64,000 bases of DNA from Octopus sinensis (GCF_006345805.1 NC_043002.1:66898001-66962000); one strand, 5' to 3'. Positions 1 to 12,950 are shown, counted from the stretch's first letter. The notes: generated by a model from the letters alone, not told the origin. Translations and numbers: made by a program.

Positions 1-845
1 GGGACGTGGAGTTCAGCGAAATGCCGATAACAACTGAAAATATATGTGAAGCGTTGGCTAGTTGTCCTATTTCTTTACTATCCACAAGGGGCTAAACACA
101 GATAGGACTAACAAGGGCAAAAGGATTAAGTCGATTACATCGACCCCTGTGCGTAACTGGTACTTAATTTATCGACTCCGAAAGGATGAAAGGCAAAGTC
201 GACCTCGGCGGAATTTGAACTCAGAACGTAACAGCAGACGAAATACCGCTAAGCATTTCGCCCGGCGTGCTAATGATTCTGCAGGCTCGCCGCCTTGTCG
301 AGAGGAAGGTCTCCGGGATTGGATAGTCTGCGCTTCGAGCCTTATATACTTATGCCAAACTTGTTTGGAGAGGTCTACCGCAACTGGCAGCAGAATGGGA
401 GAATACCCGGGTCTGTGAACTGAGGTGTGGTGACGCTACTCATAAAGGGTCCGAACAAGGGCGACATTGTCGATAACTTTTGGCCGGTAACTCTGCGAAA
501 TACAGATGACAACATTTTGGCCAAGGTATTAGCAAATAGGTTGGCGCTTGTCATTGACAGACTAGTGGTTGATGTGAAGACTTGCGCTATCCCCAACAGA
601 ACTATACACGATACCTTCCACCTCACGCGATACATCACAGAGAGGGTTGGTAAAGAACCTGTCCTCAAGGCTGCTGGTTTCGATCCCGTTTTCAGAAGCT
701 GGATCGCTGCAATGTACAGTGATGTTTGTTTGGTGGTCAAAGTAAATGGCCACCTCTCGGAATCGTTTAGTATCACACGTTTGGTCCGTCAAGGATGCCC
801 ACTCTCACTCCTACCCTACGTAGGCCGATGTAATTGACTTAGCAC
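1..845 (+). mobile_element. L1/Tx1-clade LINE reverse-transcriptase remnant, internally deleted and split by a SINE
   Basis: Across the SINE the frame reads ...EALASC/SRGRSPGLD..., then VTLLIKG..DNFWPVTLRNTDDNILAKVLANRL..TCAIPNRTI and VRQGCPLS, typical L1/Tx1 RT motifs. It has stops and lacks the D.EKAFD block. Confidence 0.75.
67..296 (-). mobile_element. tRNA-derived SINE family A, full-length, with 5-bp TSD
   Basis: Matches the >15 copies starting AAGGCGGCGAGCTGGCAGAA with B-box-like GAGTTCAAATTCC. TTGTC is duplicated at 62-66 and 295-299. Confidence 0.85.
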
Positions 846-901
846 CGCTCCTGGAATTCTAGTCTTGTGCCAAAACCTGATGCCATCATCATTGTTGTTA
901 T

Positions 902-1085
902 TAAGGCGGCGAGCTGAAAGACTCATTAACACGTTGAGCAAAATGTTCAGTAGCGTTTCTACCAGCTTCTTAAGTTCTGTGTTCGTGTCCTATCGAGGTC
1001 AATTTTGCCTTTCAACTTTTCAGGGTCGAGAAAATAAGGTACCAGCCAAGAACTGGGATCGATATAATCGACTTGCTCCTTCCTT
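902..1085 (+). mobile_element. SINE family A, degenerate partial copy
   Basis: TAAGGCGGCGAGCTG head and GAGGTCAATTTTGCCTTTCA..GGGTCGA body. Confidence 0.6.
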
Positions 1086-1187
1086 CAAAAATGCTGGTCT
1101 TGTATCAAAATTAGAAATGTGTAAAAAATAATGTAAATAAAATGTGTAAATAACAACAGTAACCGCACGAACAGCAACAACAGCAAC

Positions 1188-1380
1188 GTGGAGGCGCAAT
1201 GGCCCAGTGGTTAGGACAACGGACTCGCGGTCGTAAGAACGCGGTTTCGATTCCCAGACCGGGCATTGTGAGTGTTTATTGAGCAAAAACATCTAAGCTC
1301 TACGAGGCTCCGGCGGTGGGGGGGGGGTGAACCCCGCTGTACTCTTTCACCACAACTTTCTCTCACTCTTTCTTCCTACT
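1188..1380 (+). mobile_element. tRNA-derived SINE family C (head and body; unrelated tail may run to ~1670)
   Basis: GTGGAGGCGCAATGGCCCAGTGGTTAG (A-box) and GGTTTCGATTCCC (B-box). Homologous to 6264-6586, 21508-21790 and 63755-64000. Confidence 0.8.
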
Positions 1381-2689
1381 TCTGTCACAAAGCAGAGGGA
1401 CCATGGAGGAGCCCACTATGGTATGGTAAACTTTCAGACCCTAGTCTAGATTGCGAATCCTCTGTACCCCAGGATGGTTCAGCTCTCCACTCGTTAATAG
1501 CCACCGTTTACGGAATGAAGATAACAACGTAGCTTTCGCGCCCGTGCAACCGCCACTCTATCGCGTGTGGTGGGTGGATATTCAAGTTGCCACACGCATT
1601 CTTAGTAGCTTAGAGTAGGATCGAATTAAAGATTATTCTTTGTGGCTAATGGCGTGAGTCCTGGTTGGAAGAAAACAACATTTTCAACAGTAGTAGTAAT
1701 AGAAGCAGCAGCAGCAGCAGCAGCAGAATCACCACCACCTCAATAACAACAGCAACAACATCGTCGTATATTAACAGAGAGTTCAACTGTAGAAGGATGT
1801 CCAAAACTTTTAAGAACGTAAAAGTATTTATAAGATGGTTAGTTCCACTGAGAAAATGCTATTCAAGGAATTAAGACAAAGTGAGTAATATGAGAATATA
1901 CCAACAGCTTGGATTTCATATGCATAAATGATGATGATGATGATAATAATAATAATAATTGACCGTTTCGAGAGAGAACAACTGAGTATGAAAGAAAACT
2001 TTAGTGAGTTAATTTAAGGCAAGTAATGTGTTAAGATTTTGGAAACGAATACGATATAAGATATTGTCTGAAAGTGTCTCAGTGACCAAAGTTAATTATA
2101 CTCATACCCTATAGAATACATTTGGTGTATTCTCTTATTCTTTTGACAGGTTTCAGTCACTAGATTGCGGCCATTTTAGGGGCACCGCCCTTATTTCGTT
2201 TTAGTATATAACATTCACTTTAGTACTTATTTTATCGATCTGTATTGTATTTGTGATACAAAACCTGTTATTTTTTTAATCGGCTGTGTTGTACAAAACG
2301 CAAAAATATATGTATATACACACTCAATACACCCACCTAGCTACCATATTTATCTATCTGTCTGTCTGTCGGTCGGTCTACATGTCTATTAATTGTTACA
2401 GGGAGACGGTGTATTCGTCACTGAGAAGACTAAATCGTGTCAAAACATTGTGTCATCAACTCTCTTCTCACTTTTTCCTCGTCGTTTCTCATGTCCAGTG
2501 TCCTGATTTTCAAATAGAACATTGTGGTTATATGCAAAAGATTGCTTGGAGACACATGGCAAATTATAAAAACAAACCCAACCACGTGTCTTAATGGGAA
2601 GAAACTATTGGTAACCTTTATTTTAATACAGTATACATTAAACGATATATATATATATATATATATACACGTATATACATACAAATGGT

Positions 2690-4020
2690 TGCATGCTAGG
2701 ATCTTCTGCTGCCAGAAATATCAATGTAACTCATTATTTCTTTGTAGACGACCTGAAGATTTGTACTAAAAGTGTTAACAATGTCCCCCACCCCCAAAAA
2801 CCAACGGAAATTAATAACCACATTTTCAGCTGATATAGGCATGGAATTTGGCCAAAAGAAAGTCAGTCCCCCAAACCCGAAACCTGTGCATTAACAGTCT
2901 CTCTATCTCCCCCTTTCCACACAAAGAATGTTATAATTACCTAGGCATAGACGAAAATGTATCATATGAAGGCGCTGTGAATAAAGATAGTGACCCGGCA
3001 ATATTACACCAGACCTAGGAAAATATGGCAATCGGAACTCTCCTCTTACAAAACAATATCCCACAATGCATTTTCAGTACCAGTGCTGATCCCCAAATTT
3101 GGGATACTTGATTGGTCTGTAGAGGAAATCCAGCCAATAGATATCAAAACCCGCAAAATTCTGATAACTGGGAACCTCCACAGAAACAGTGATGCTGACA
3201 GGCTCTACGTAAGAAGAAATGAAGGTGGTAGATACCTGAGATCAGTGCAGATGGCCTTCGAATGCTGTATGGTATCACTCAGGCAGCACCTGCTAAAACA
3301 ACAGCAGTAAAAATAAATATATTAATGCAGTTCTGAAAAGTGAAGTGAAGAACTGTGTAAGAGTTGGCAGAGAACTCATCAAGAAACACTCTCTTCCCGA
3401 TGATCTCCTATACAGCCACCAAACAGTTGGGTTCTCTTACCTCAGAGAATACTTGGATGGAAAGTATTTAGCATACAAAAAAAAAAAAAGACCATGCATG
3501 GGTATGTTGCCCAGAAGCTTGAAGAAGACAGAATTGATACGAAGCACAGCCTCTCTTGGACACAAGACCACTACATCACATCACACTTTAAAGGCTATTC
3601 GTTTTGCAGTCCAGGAACAGAAGATTGTCACAAAGTACCTGGTGAACAAGAGAGTCAGTGACGCTCTTGTAATCCCAAGGTGCAACCGTATGTGTAGGCT
3701 ATGTCATATTTCTGTGGAAGACATTACACATGTCATTAGTAGCTGTCCTAAAATGTCACGGAACTCCCTTCCGATGCGGCACGATGTTGTTGCTTAAACA
3801 ATTTACAATGTGCCATCCGCAAAAAAGACTGTCCTGAAATAAACTTAGAAAACCCCTCTGTTATGGAATACATTCATAAACACCAACTGAAGGAATACTG
3901 GTGGAATATTCCCATCAAAACTTGTCAAATGTAAGCATAACAGGCCGGATATTGTTGTTTGGGACAGAGGAGTAAGGTATGTACTATCATAGAGGTTAAC
4001 TGCCTTGCAAATATAAATAT
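2690..4020 (+). mobile_element. RLE-type (R4/Dong/NeSL-like) LINE remnant, copy 1
   Basis: RT THYFFVDDLK, CCHC knuckle CRLCHISVEDITHVISSC, LPMRHDVVA and restriction-like endonuclease KHNRPDIVVWD. Frameshifted. Confidence 0.8.
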
Positions 4021-4140
4021 CTTTGGGTTCAGTCCCACTACGCTGTACCTTGGACAAGTGTCTTCTACAATAGCCTTGGACCAATAAATGCCTTATGATT
4101 GAATTTGCTAGATGGCAACTGTGTGGAAGCCTGTCGTATA
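4021..4140 (+). mobile_element. SINE family B 5' fragment (duplicated at ~5581-5700)
   Basis: GGGTTCAGTCCCACT..CCTTGGACAAGTGTCTTCTAC..GAAGCCTGTCGTATAT matches family B. Confidence 0.75.
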
Positions 4141-4252
4141 TATGTATGTATGTATGTATGTATGTAAGTGTGTGTGTGTGTATGTATGTATGTATGTATG
4201 TATATGTATATATATATATATATATATATACACGTATATACATACAAATGGT

Positions 4253-5583
4253 TGCATGCTAGGCTCTTCTGCTGCCAGAAATATCAATGTAACTCATTAT
4301 TTCTTTGTAGACGACCTGAAGATTTGTACTAAAAGTGTTAACAATGTCCCCCACCCCCAAAAACCAACGGAAATTAATAACCACATTTTCAGCTGATATA
4401 GGCATGGAATTTGGCCAAAAGAAAGTCAGTCCCCCAAACCCGAAACCTGTGCATTAACAGTCTCTCTATCTCCCCCTTTCCACACAAAGAATGTTATAAT
4501 TACCTAGGCATAGACGAAAATGTATCATATGAAGGCGCTGTGAATAAAGATAGTGACCCGGCAATATTACACCAGACCTAGGAAAATATGGCAATCGGAA
4601 CTCTCCTCTTACAAAACAATATCCCACAATGCATTTTCAGTACCAGTGCTGATCCCCAAATTTGGGATACTTGATTGGTCTGTAGAGGAAATCCAGCCAA
4701 TAGATATCAAAACCCGCAAAATTCTGATAACTGGGAACCTCCACAGAAACAGTGATGCTGACAGGCTCTACGTAAGAAGAAATGAAGGTGGTAGATACCT
4801 GAGATCAGTGCAGATGGCCTTCGAATGCTGTATGGTATCACTCAGGCAGCACCTGCTAAAACAACAGCAGTAAAAATAAATATATAATGCAGTTCTGAAA
4901 AGTGAAGTGAAGAACTGTGTAAGAGTTGGCAGAGAACTCATCAAGAAACACTCTCTTCCCGATGATCTCCTATACAGCCACCAAACAGTTGGGTTCTCTT
5001 ACCTCAGAGAATACTTGGATGGAAAGTATTTAGCATACAAAAAAAAAAAAGACCATGCATGGGTATGTTGCCCAGAAGCTTGAAGAAGACAGAATTGATA
5101 CGAAGCACAGCCTCTCTTGGACACAAGACCACTACATCACATCACACTTTAAAGGCTATTCGTTTTGCAGTCCAGGAACAGAAGATTGTCACAAAGTACC
5201 TGGTGAACAAGAGAGACAGTGACGCTCTTGTAATCCCAAGGTGCAACCGTATGTGTAGGCTATGTCATATTCTGTGGAAGACATTACACATGTCATTAGT
5301 AGCTGTCCTAAAATGTCACGGAACTCCCTTCCGATGCGGCACGATGTTGTTGCTTAAACAATTTACAATGTGCCATCCGCAAAAAAGACTGTCCTGAAAT
5401 AAACTTAGAAAACCCCTCTGTTATGGAATACATTCATAAACACCAACTGAAGGAATACTGGTGGAATATTCCATCAAAACTTGTCAAATGTAAGCATAAC
5501 AGGCCGGATATTGTTGTTTGGGACAGAGGAGTAAGGTATGTACTATCATAGAGGTTAACTGCCTTGCAAATATAAATATCTTT
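4253..5583 (+). mobile_element. RLE-type LINE remnant, copy 2 (part of the tandem duplication)
   Basis: Near-identical to 2690-4020. Confidence 0.8.
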
Positions 5584-5759
5584 GGGTTCAGTCCCACTAC
5601 GCTGTACCTTGGACAAGTGTCTTCTACAATAGCCTTGGACCAATAAATGCCTTATGATTGAATTTGCTAGATGGCAACTGTGTGGAAGCCTGTCGTATAT
5701 ATGTATGTATGTATGTATGTAAGTAAGTGTGTGTGTGTGTATGTATGTATGTATGTATG

Positions 5760-5804
<45 letters not shown>

Positions 5805-6139
5805 ATGTGTGTGTGAGTGTGTGAGTTTGTGTTTGTCTCCATCAGTGCTTTACAAGCGGTATTGGTTTGCTTACGTTTCCGTAATTAACGATTCGGCAAA
5901 AAGACGTTGCTACAATAAGTTCCAGACTTTAAAAGAATAAGTAACGGGGTCGATCTTGTCAGTTAAATATTCAAGGTTGAAATTAAGGTTCAAGTTAAAC
6001 AAGAAAAAGACAAACAACTGATTAATTGTACTCCTGACTGACATTAGAATCATCTTTAGTTTCATTACAGCCATTCTCGTTCGTTTGATGGATATATTAT
6101 ATCTATGAGGCATTTCGTTGATTTGATATAAAAGTAGAT

Positions 6140-6850
6140 CTTCACCGAGTACATCCGATCAGTGATGGTTTACGGCAGTGAAACATGAGCTCTTGATACT
6201 ACCATCATGAACAACCTCATTAACCCAGCGAAAAACGGAACGAATCATGCTCGGTGTCACATTTATTTATTTATTTATTATTTATTTATTTATTTATGCG
6301 CCCTTTTCAAGCCTAACCAGGCTCATGGGCCCGGTTTCCCGGTTTCTATGGCGTATGAGTCCCCCCCCCCAGCTGGACGGGACGCCAGTCCATCGCAGCG
6401 TTACTCAAGAAACAGGAAGAAAGAGTGAAAGAAAGTTGGGGCGAAAGAGTACAACAGGGGTCGCCACCAGCCCCTGCTGGAGCCTCGTGGAGCTTTAGGT
6501 GTTTTCGCTCAATAAACACACACAACGCCCGGTCTGGGAATCGAAACCGCGATCCTCCGATCGCGAGTCCGCTGCCCTAACCTCCATCGGTGTCACATTG
6601 AGGAACGGGAAAGCCAACGCCTGGATTCAACAGCACATGAGAGCCAACGACATCAAAGAGAACAGATCTATATTGGCAGGCCACATCGCGCGACTGAAGG
6701 ACAAGGGATAATCACGGTGATGGAACAGACAACAAAACAATGGACAAAATGAAGAGGCCGACCAAAGACAAGATGGCGAGATGATCTCACCCGCTATCTG
6801 GGGTCTACATGGATACGACCGGCCAGAGACAGACAACAGTAGAAAGAGTC
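6140..6850 (+). mobile_element. RTE-clade LINE 3' remnant interrupted by SINE C
   Basis: YIRSVMVYGSET*AL..., and after the SINE GVTLRNGKANAWIQQ..LAGHIARLKD.., resembling the RTE C-terminus (YGSETW, WAGHVAR). Confidence 0.7.
6264..6586 (-). mobile_element. SINE family C with (TAAA)n tail and 13-bp TSD
   Basis: TCGGTGTCACATT at 6251-6263 and 6587-6599. Contains GCTGCGATGGACTGGCGTCCCGTCCAG, which resembles the V-SINE core as I recall it. Confidence 0.9.
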
Positions 6851-7460
6851 GTTGGAGGTTGCTTCATTCAGGAGTGATGAAGCCCTTGTTGAGGTTGACG
6901 TAAAAATATGTGTTGCTTTTATATAAATTGATGGACGTCGTACGGCATATAACGTATAACACAGAATCAACGACAATATGAGGAAATGGATCATGCTGCT
7001 ATTCAACTCACTCCTGCATAGTTAAATTAATATGCAATGTAAAAAAGACCGAAGTCGTACAACATATAGTATATATTAATAGAATCAGCTATACTATGAG
7101 TGTATTGGAATATGTCACTATTTCCTCATTCCTACATAATCAATGTAACACATTGATTCGGCATTTTCTTAATATTTCCCCAGAAATGTATGTTTGTATG
7201 TAAAATATGTTTGTCAAGACGAACAGCTGTTGCAGATCAGAAACAAAGCCTTTTCAACTGTTTACCAGCACCTGTTGAGGATTTCCTTTATTGTTTGTCT
7301 CTCTGGCATATTTTACATTTGATTAGATACATACCTAGCTTAATGTTTAGGGTGTCTTCTTTTATCTTTATGTTTTTGGTTTCTGTCTTAGAAATTAGGA
7401 CACAGAACTAAAGCACTGAAGATTGATTGATAAATTGGGAGAGAGAGAGAGGTGCAGAGG

Positions 7461-7512
<52 letters not shown>

Positions 7513-7944
7513 AGAGAGAGAGAGAGAGGCGTGGAGGAAGGCAGGAAGAGTGGTAGAGAAGGATATATATTGATAGATAGTGAGTGAGAGGCAAAGGAAG
7601 AGAGACACAGAAGATGCAGAGAGAAACAGAGATTGCATAAACAGAAGAGAAAGAGAGGGAAAAGAAAAGCGAAAAACGGAGCTTAGACACAAACGATTGA
7701 AAGAATGAAAAAAAAAAGAACATGAGAGGGCGGGAGAGAGGGGTGAGGAGATGCAATTAAGTGAGAAAAGTAGGTTGTCTTGATTAAAGGAACAAAAGGA
7801 AGTTAGAACAATTGCATGGATTTTATATATTGATCACCGTAGACAGCGAAGAGTTAAGCATTTCTACGCCAGCTGAATCTGCGAATTAGTTTCCATTATT
7901 CTAAGAATGGAAACGGCACAGCAGTGTATGATTTTTAAAGAGCT

Positions 7945-8045
7945 TTGGTCGCTATTTCTATGTTTGGCTGTTTATCTCGAAGTCAGCCCTGATCGAGCTG
8001 ACATATGAGTAAGGACTTTCCAGTGGTGGCCAGCTCTACTTTTTC
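7945..8045. mobile_element. SINE-like family D remnant (related pieces near 8735, 19325-19740, 20470-20580, 32620 and 47700)
   Basis: Recurrent CTGATCGAGC(A/T)GA and GCTATTTCTAGC / GCTAGAAGTAGCAACCAAATCTCCC motifs. Confidence 0.5.
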
Positions 8046-8119
8046 CTATACGCACTGAACCCGACATTACAACGTCCCTTTTTTTTTTTTTTTATCTAAA
8101 ACGGTATCTTTTAGACTGG

Positions 8120-8705
8120 CCCTGCTGGAGCACCGCTTTGAAGCGTTTTAGTCGAACGAATCGACCCCAAAGTACTCATGTTTGTTTTTAAGCCTGGTAC
8201 TTATTCTGTCTGTCACTTTTGCCGAACTGCTATGTTGCAGGGACATAAACACACCAACGTCGGTGGTCAAGCGCTGGTGGAGGACAAAGACAGACAGACA
8301 GACAGACACACACACACACACACAACAGGATTCTATCAGTTTCTTATTTCTTTACTGCTCACAAGGGGCTACACACAGAGGAGACAAACAAGGACAGACA
8401 AACGGATTAAGTCGATAATATCGACCCCAGTGCGTAACTGGTACTTAATTTATCGACCCCGAAAGGATGAAAGGCAAAGTCGACCTCGGCTGAATTTGAA
8501 CTCAGAAAGGCAGACGAAATTACGCTAAGCATTTCGCCCGGCGTGCTAACGTTTCTGTCATCTCACCGCCTTAGGATTCTTTCAGTTTCTGTCAACCAAA
8601 ACCCACTCACAAAGCTTTGGACGACATTTGCCCAAGGTGCCATACATTAGGACTGAACCTGGAACTATGTAGCTGAGAAGCAAACTTCTTACTACACAGC
8701 CACGC
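8120..8705 (-). mobile_element. SINE family B with a nested SINE A (8337-8572)
   Basis: B tail (GCTGGAGCACCGC..GTCGAACGAATCGACCCC) and B head (CTTACTACACAGCCACGCCCGC) flank a complete A copy. Confidence 0.8.
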
Positions 8706-9289
8706 CCGCAGTATAATTTTAATGAGCTTTAATTGCTATTTCTAGCAAACCAAGTGACCACGCAAAGGCTCCCCTATTGGCTGCTCTTCCATTTATTCTG
8801 CAGCTCAAAGAGCTTTCTAGACATCTATTTTTAACGTTTCTAATATTTGCTTAATTCTTCTATAATTAATCGTCGATGTTTCCGCTTTTTTTCTCCTTAT
8901 TTTTCTTTCAAGAAATTCTTTCACACCAATTCACTAAACCTCTTTCCTCATTTAAGATCTTCTTATTTTACTCTCCGTTAATAATTCTGTAACGATTTAT
9001 TTATTTTTATTTTTTTCTGTTTTGAGAATTCATATTTTGACTGTCCGTCATTCTTTCATTTCCATCCATCCATCCATCCATCTCCAGTCTCCCATCCCTC
9101 TCGCCCGCCCGCCTGCCTGCCTGCCTGCCAGCCATTTTTTCGGCCCAATGAAATATTGAAAACATCCATTCTTCTCACGCCTCTCCGTTCTTCCCAAAAC
9201 GTTGTTCTGTTGATGCTAATACATTACGAAATGTACGAAGAATATGGAAACTTGTTAATATTTGGTTCGTTTCGCGAAGAGACTTTTAG

Positions 9290-9781
9290 AGAAGCTAAAG
9301 AATAAAGAAGTAGGAAAGGGAAGGGGGGAAGGAGTGAATGATATAATAATAATAATAATAATATAATAATAATATAATAATAATAATAATAAAACAACAA
9401 TAATAATAATAATAAAACAACAATAATAATAATAATGATAATAATAAAACAACAATAATAACAACAATAATAAATTGTGTATGTGTGTGTGGTGGCATGC
9501 GTGAGTATAGGAGAGGGAAAGACAGTAGAAGTGGAGTCAGATTGACTGAGAACAAGAGAGAGAGAGAGAGAGTGGAAAAGAGTGGGAGAGAGACTGAGGT
9601 AGAGAGGGAATGAGAAGGAAGGCAAGAGAAAGAGGGAGAAAAGGTTGAAGAAGAAATAAAAGGAGAAAGATTAATATTGGTTGGAAAAGAGAGAGAAAAA
9701 CTCGGAAATACACGCACAGATACACGCATTTCATACACACACATACTCACACAAACACATACGCATAATATACAGACACAC

Positions 9782-9817
<36 letters not shown>

Positions 9818-10069
9818 CGCGAGAGAAGAGACAGAAATAAATAGGTAGAGAGAGATAGAGATAAAGACATCTAGAAAGTTAGAGAGAGAGAGAGAGGGGG
9901 AGGAGGAGAGAGAGAATGTGTTCCATAATTAAGGCAACGTTAAAATATTTTATTTTAGAATGGCTGACAGACATATGGGACGCAGAAAGGGGAAAAAAAA
10001 GCCATGGTACAAACAGACCATAAAAAATAAAAAAAGAACAGGAGAGAGGAAACAGAATAAAGAAAATGA

Positions 10070-10105
<36 letters not shown>

Positions 10106-10130
10106 AAAAGTTATTTTGAGTGAAAGAAAG
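9290..10130. repeat. Low-complexity (AAT/AAC)n and (GA)n tract
   Basis: Directly visible simple repeats; they explain the overlapping ORFs. Confidence 0.9.
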
Positions 10131-11159
10131 AGAGAAGTGATAATGAAGTTAAAAGTAATTTGAATTATAAGTGGAGAGACCGTGCTAAAGTGGATTAAAA
10201 CTCGTTCACATTGCCGTGTCATTTGAGCCGCAGATTAGAGCTGCTCCCCCCTCTCCTGTTGCCGTGGAGGGTATATCGCCTATAAGAACAGATGCTGTTA
10301 AACTTCTTGAAAATTCGAACCATAATCTTTCCTGACATACCAGCGATTATTTCGTCACAGGTTTCCAGTGTGTGCGTATGTGTGCTGTGGTCTGTGTGTG
10401 TGTGTATGTGTGTGTGAGAGTTGTAGCTTAAAACGGGAAGCAAGATGGCGTCGAGATTCAGTTAAGCGGTGTTGACAGCTGCTAAATGCTAAACAAGGAA
10501 ACAAAATAAAAAGAATACTTAAACAAAATACGTTGTTTAGTAATAGAAAGTTTAATTACATTTCGCTACACACACGAGCACAAACACACATAAAATGCAT
10601 GTACATGCACGCACGCACACCACCCATATATACAAACACACCGCACACAGACACTAATTAATACATACAAGCATGCGCAGGCATGCCACACGCACATACG
10701 CATGCGTACGCACTTAGGCCAATACTTGCAGAAATGTTCATGAACATAAAGGGTTCCATGAAAAAGTGCGTGTGTATAGACATGTATCTCTGTGTGTGTA
10801 TGTGTGTGCTTGTGCGCGCGGATGTCGATGAGTGTTTTGATATGTATAGATGAGAAAGACAGACTAAAAAGAAATACAGAGAAAAAAGACACAGAGATAT
10901 AGGAGAAGGTGGGGAGAGAGAGAGAATGGGGAGAAAGACAGAGAAAAGAAATGGGTTTTCATTGGTCTGTTCAAATGTGTTTCAGTAATTACACTATATC
11001 AATAAAACAACTACAACAACAACAACATTGTTTTTATTTGCCTGGGGGGCAACAACCGTACAAAACGGTTGAATCCCAGACGGACATGATATAATTATCA
11101 AAAACAAAAGCGCACGCACACACACACACACACGTTAAAACGCACAATTTCCAAGGTTT

Positions 11160-11272
11160 GCTTCACAGCCACATAGGTTCAAGCGTTTTCCACCCTATTA
11201 TTCTACTATACCCTCGGCCCGACCAAAGCCTTGTGGGTAGATTTGGTAGACGGAAATTGAAAGAAGCCGCCA

Positions 11273-11313
<41 letters not shown>

Positions 11314-11510
11314 CTGTGTGCGTATTCATATGTTATTGTATCCATCCCACTGCTTGACAACTGGTGCTGGCTTCTTTACGTCCTTGTAACCTGGCTGTTC
11401 GTCAGAAGAGATCGATATAATAAGTACGAGATTTTAAAGAATATGTACTGAGGTCGTTTTGTTCAGCAGACCATTCAAGGCGGTGCTGCAGCATGGTTGC
11501 AGTCCGATGA
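11160..11510 (+). mobile_element. SINE family B, diverged
   Basis: CGACCAAAGCCTTGTGGGTAGATTTGGTAGACGGAAA.., GCTTGACAAC.., AAGGCGGTGCTGCAGCATGG. Confidence 0.75.
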
Positions 11511-11686
11511 GTATAAAAGTGCGTGTGGGTGTGTGTTATGCAACTATGTACCATGTTTGTATGTATGGATGGATGTCCATCTCTATATGTATGGATCCGT
11601 GTCTCCATATGTGTCCTTGGGTGGAGTAAAGTGTGTGTGTATATATGATTATGTGTGTCAGTCTCCATTTGCGTATATGTGCTTGT

Positions 11687-12257
11687 CTGTTCTTATAACC
11701 TATGTACCTATCCGTCTGTTTATTTTCATATCCATATGCTTACATACAAAGAAAAAAAATACATGTGCATACACACACACTCACACCCACACACCCACAA
11801 CGGTGGGTATGGAGGTATGAAGACATATAGGAGCATTGCGGAACGATTAAACGAACATTTGAGACAATATGACGACAAAATACAGTCTTCCATACTCTAC
11901 AAACATGCCAAAGACCACCATGGAGGCAACTTTGATGAACTTGACATCCGCATCTGATCCAAGCACTCAAAAGACCCAACACTCAGACAAATACGGGAGT
12001 ACGTCCTTATAAATGAAACCTTCCCGATACTAAATAGGTAATATACTTAGTAGATATCATATCTCCATACCTACAATTTACACCGGTAGAGCAGAATAGT
12101 TAGTGGACTGTTATGTAGATCTATGTAGATAGATGTGTGTGTGTGGGTGTTAGTGTGTATGTATGCACATGTATTTTTTTCTTTGTATGTAAGCATATGG
12201 ATATGAAAATAAACAGATCAATAAACAGACGGATAGGTACATAGGTTATAAGAACAG
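11687..12257. repeat. ~110-120 bp inverted repeat enclosing the Penelope fragment
   Basis: 11687-11795 (CTGTTCTTATAACCTATGTACC...) is the reverse complement of 12135-12257 (...GGTACATAGGTTATAAGAACAG). Confidence 0.9.
11800..12045 (+). mobile_element. Penelope-like element GIY-YIG endonuclease C-terminal fragment
   Basis: TYRSIAERLNEH..SSILYKHAKDHHGG..DPTLRQIREYVLINETFPILNR*, homologous to the end of the element at 16338-18180. Confidence 0.75.
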
Positions 12258-12299
12258 GGTTAGGGTTTCTGTTTAACAAAATTATTCGCAAGTCATTGG

Positions 12300-12415
12300 T
12301 CAGTCCGTCGGTTATAGTAAAAAAAAACACTTGCACAAGGTTCTGCACAATGGGACTGGAGCCAAAAGCATGTGACTGGTTGTAAAGCTAGTCTCTTAAC
12401 CACACAGCTATGCCT
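12300..12415 (-). mobile_element. SINE family B 5' fragment
   Basis: CACTTGCACAAGG..GCACAATGGGACTGGA..CTTAACCACACAGC. Confidence 0.6.
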
Positions 12416-12800
12416 TTCTTTATTGTTTGTTTATGATGTAGATCGGTCACGTGAGGTATTTTCCTCAGCCACAATATTGATACTCATAATCCGCACCATT
12501 ATACTCCTTCATTTCTTTTCTATGTCTATTGATCACTCTAAGTCTTGTCAATTCCGGGTTGGTGTTCGGCATACTGGAAGATTACTGGGAGTGAGACGCC
12601 CTTTGGCTTTTGTTAAAATATGTTTAGTACCCGCTTCGAACCCACGCTACGTCTGCTCCGATAATCGGCGGTGACTTGGTCAATGTATCTTCTGCGACAG
12701 TTGACAATCACCGGCAAAGATGAGCTGATACGGATTTCACTGTCCCAAAATGTATATGCATGTGACCAGGGACCACATGTGAACTTGTATTCCTACTGAG

Positions 12801-12950
12801 ACTTCGAACATGAGCTCTATACCTCAACAGCGATTGACGACTATAGCTACGGTGTACGCGGTGTCCCTGTTAGCATTCGTGAGGGACGTGGTGAATTCGT
12901 TAGTCGAAATTGGCTCAACACACGCTTGGAGAATACTGCTGCAAGTACAA
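12801..12950 (+). other. Candidate 150-bp exon of an unidentified host gene
   Basis: Non-repetitive, moderately GC-rich, with AG at 12799-12800 and a consensus CAA|GTAAGT donor at 12951. Two open frames; no recognised homology. Confidence 0.3.

Larger units (their letters stand above)
2646..5771. repeat. 1563-bp head-to-tail tandem duplication with breakpoints in (TA)n
   Basis: ORFs 2990-3310 and 4553-4873 are identical (offset 1563). The units differ by only a few substitutions and 1-bp indels. Confidence 0.95.

Noticed and set aside
12683-12950. In-frame TGA at 12797 joining two open stretches (selenocysteine idea)
   Set aside because: No selenoprotein motif or SECIS is recognisable, and the TGAG is better explained as a possible splice acceptor or chance.
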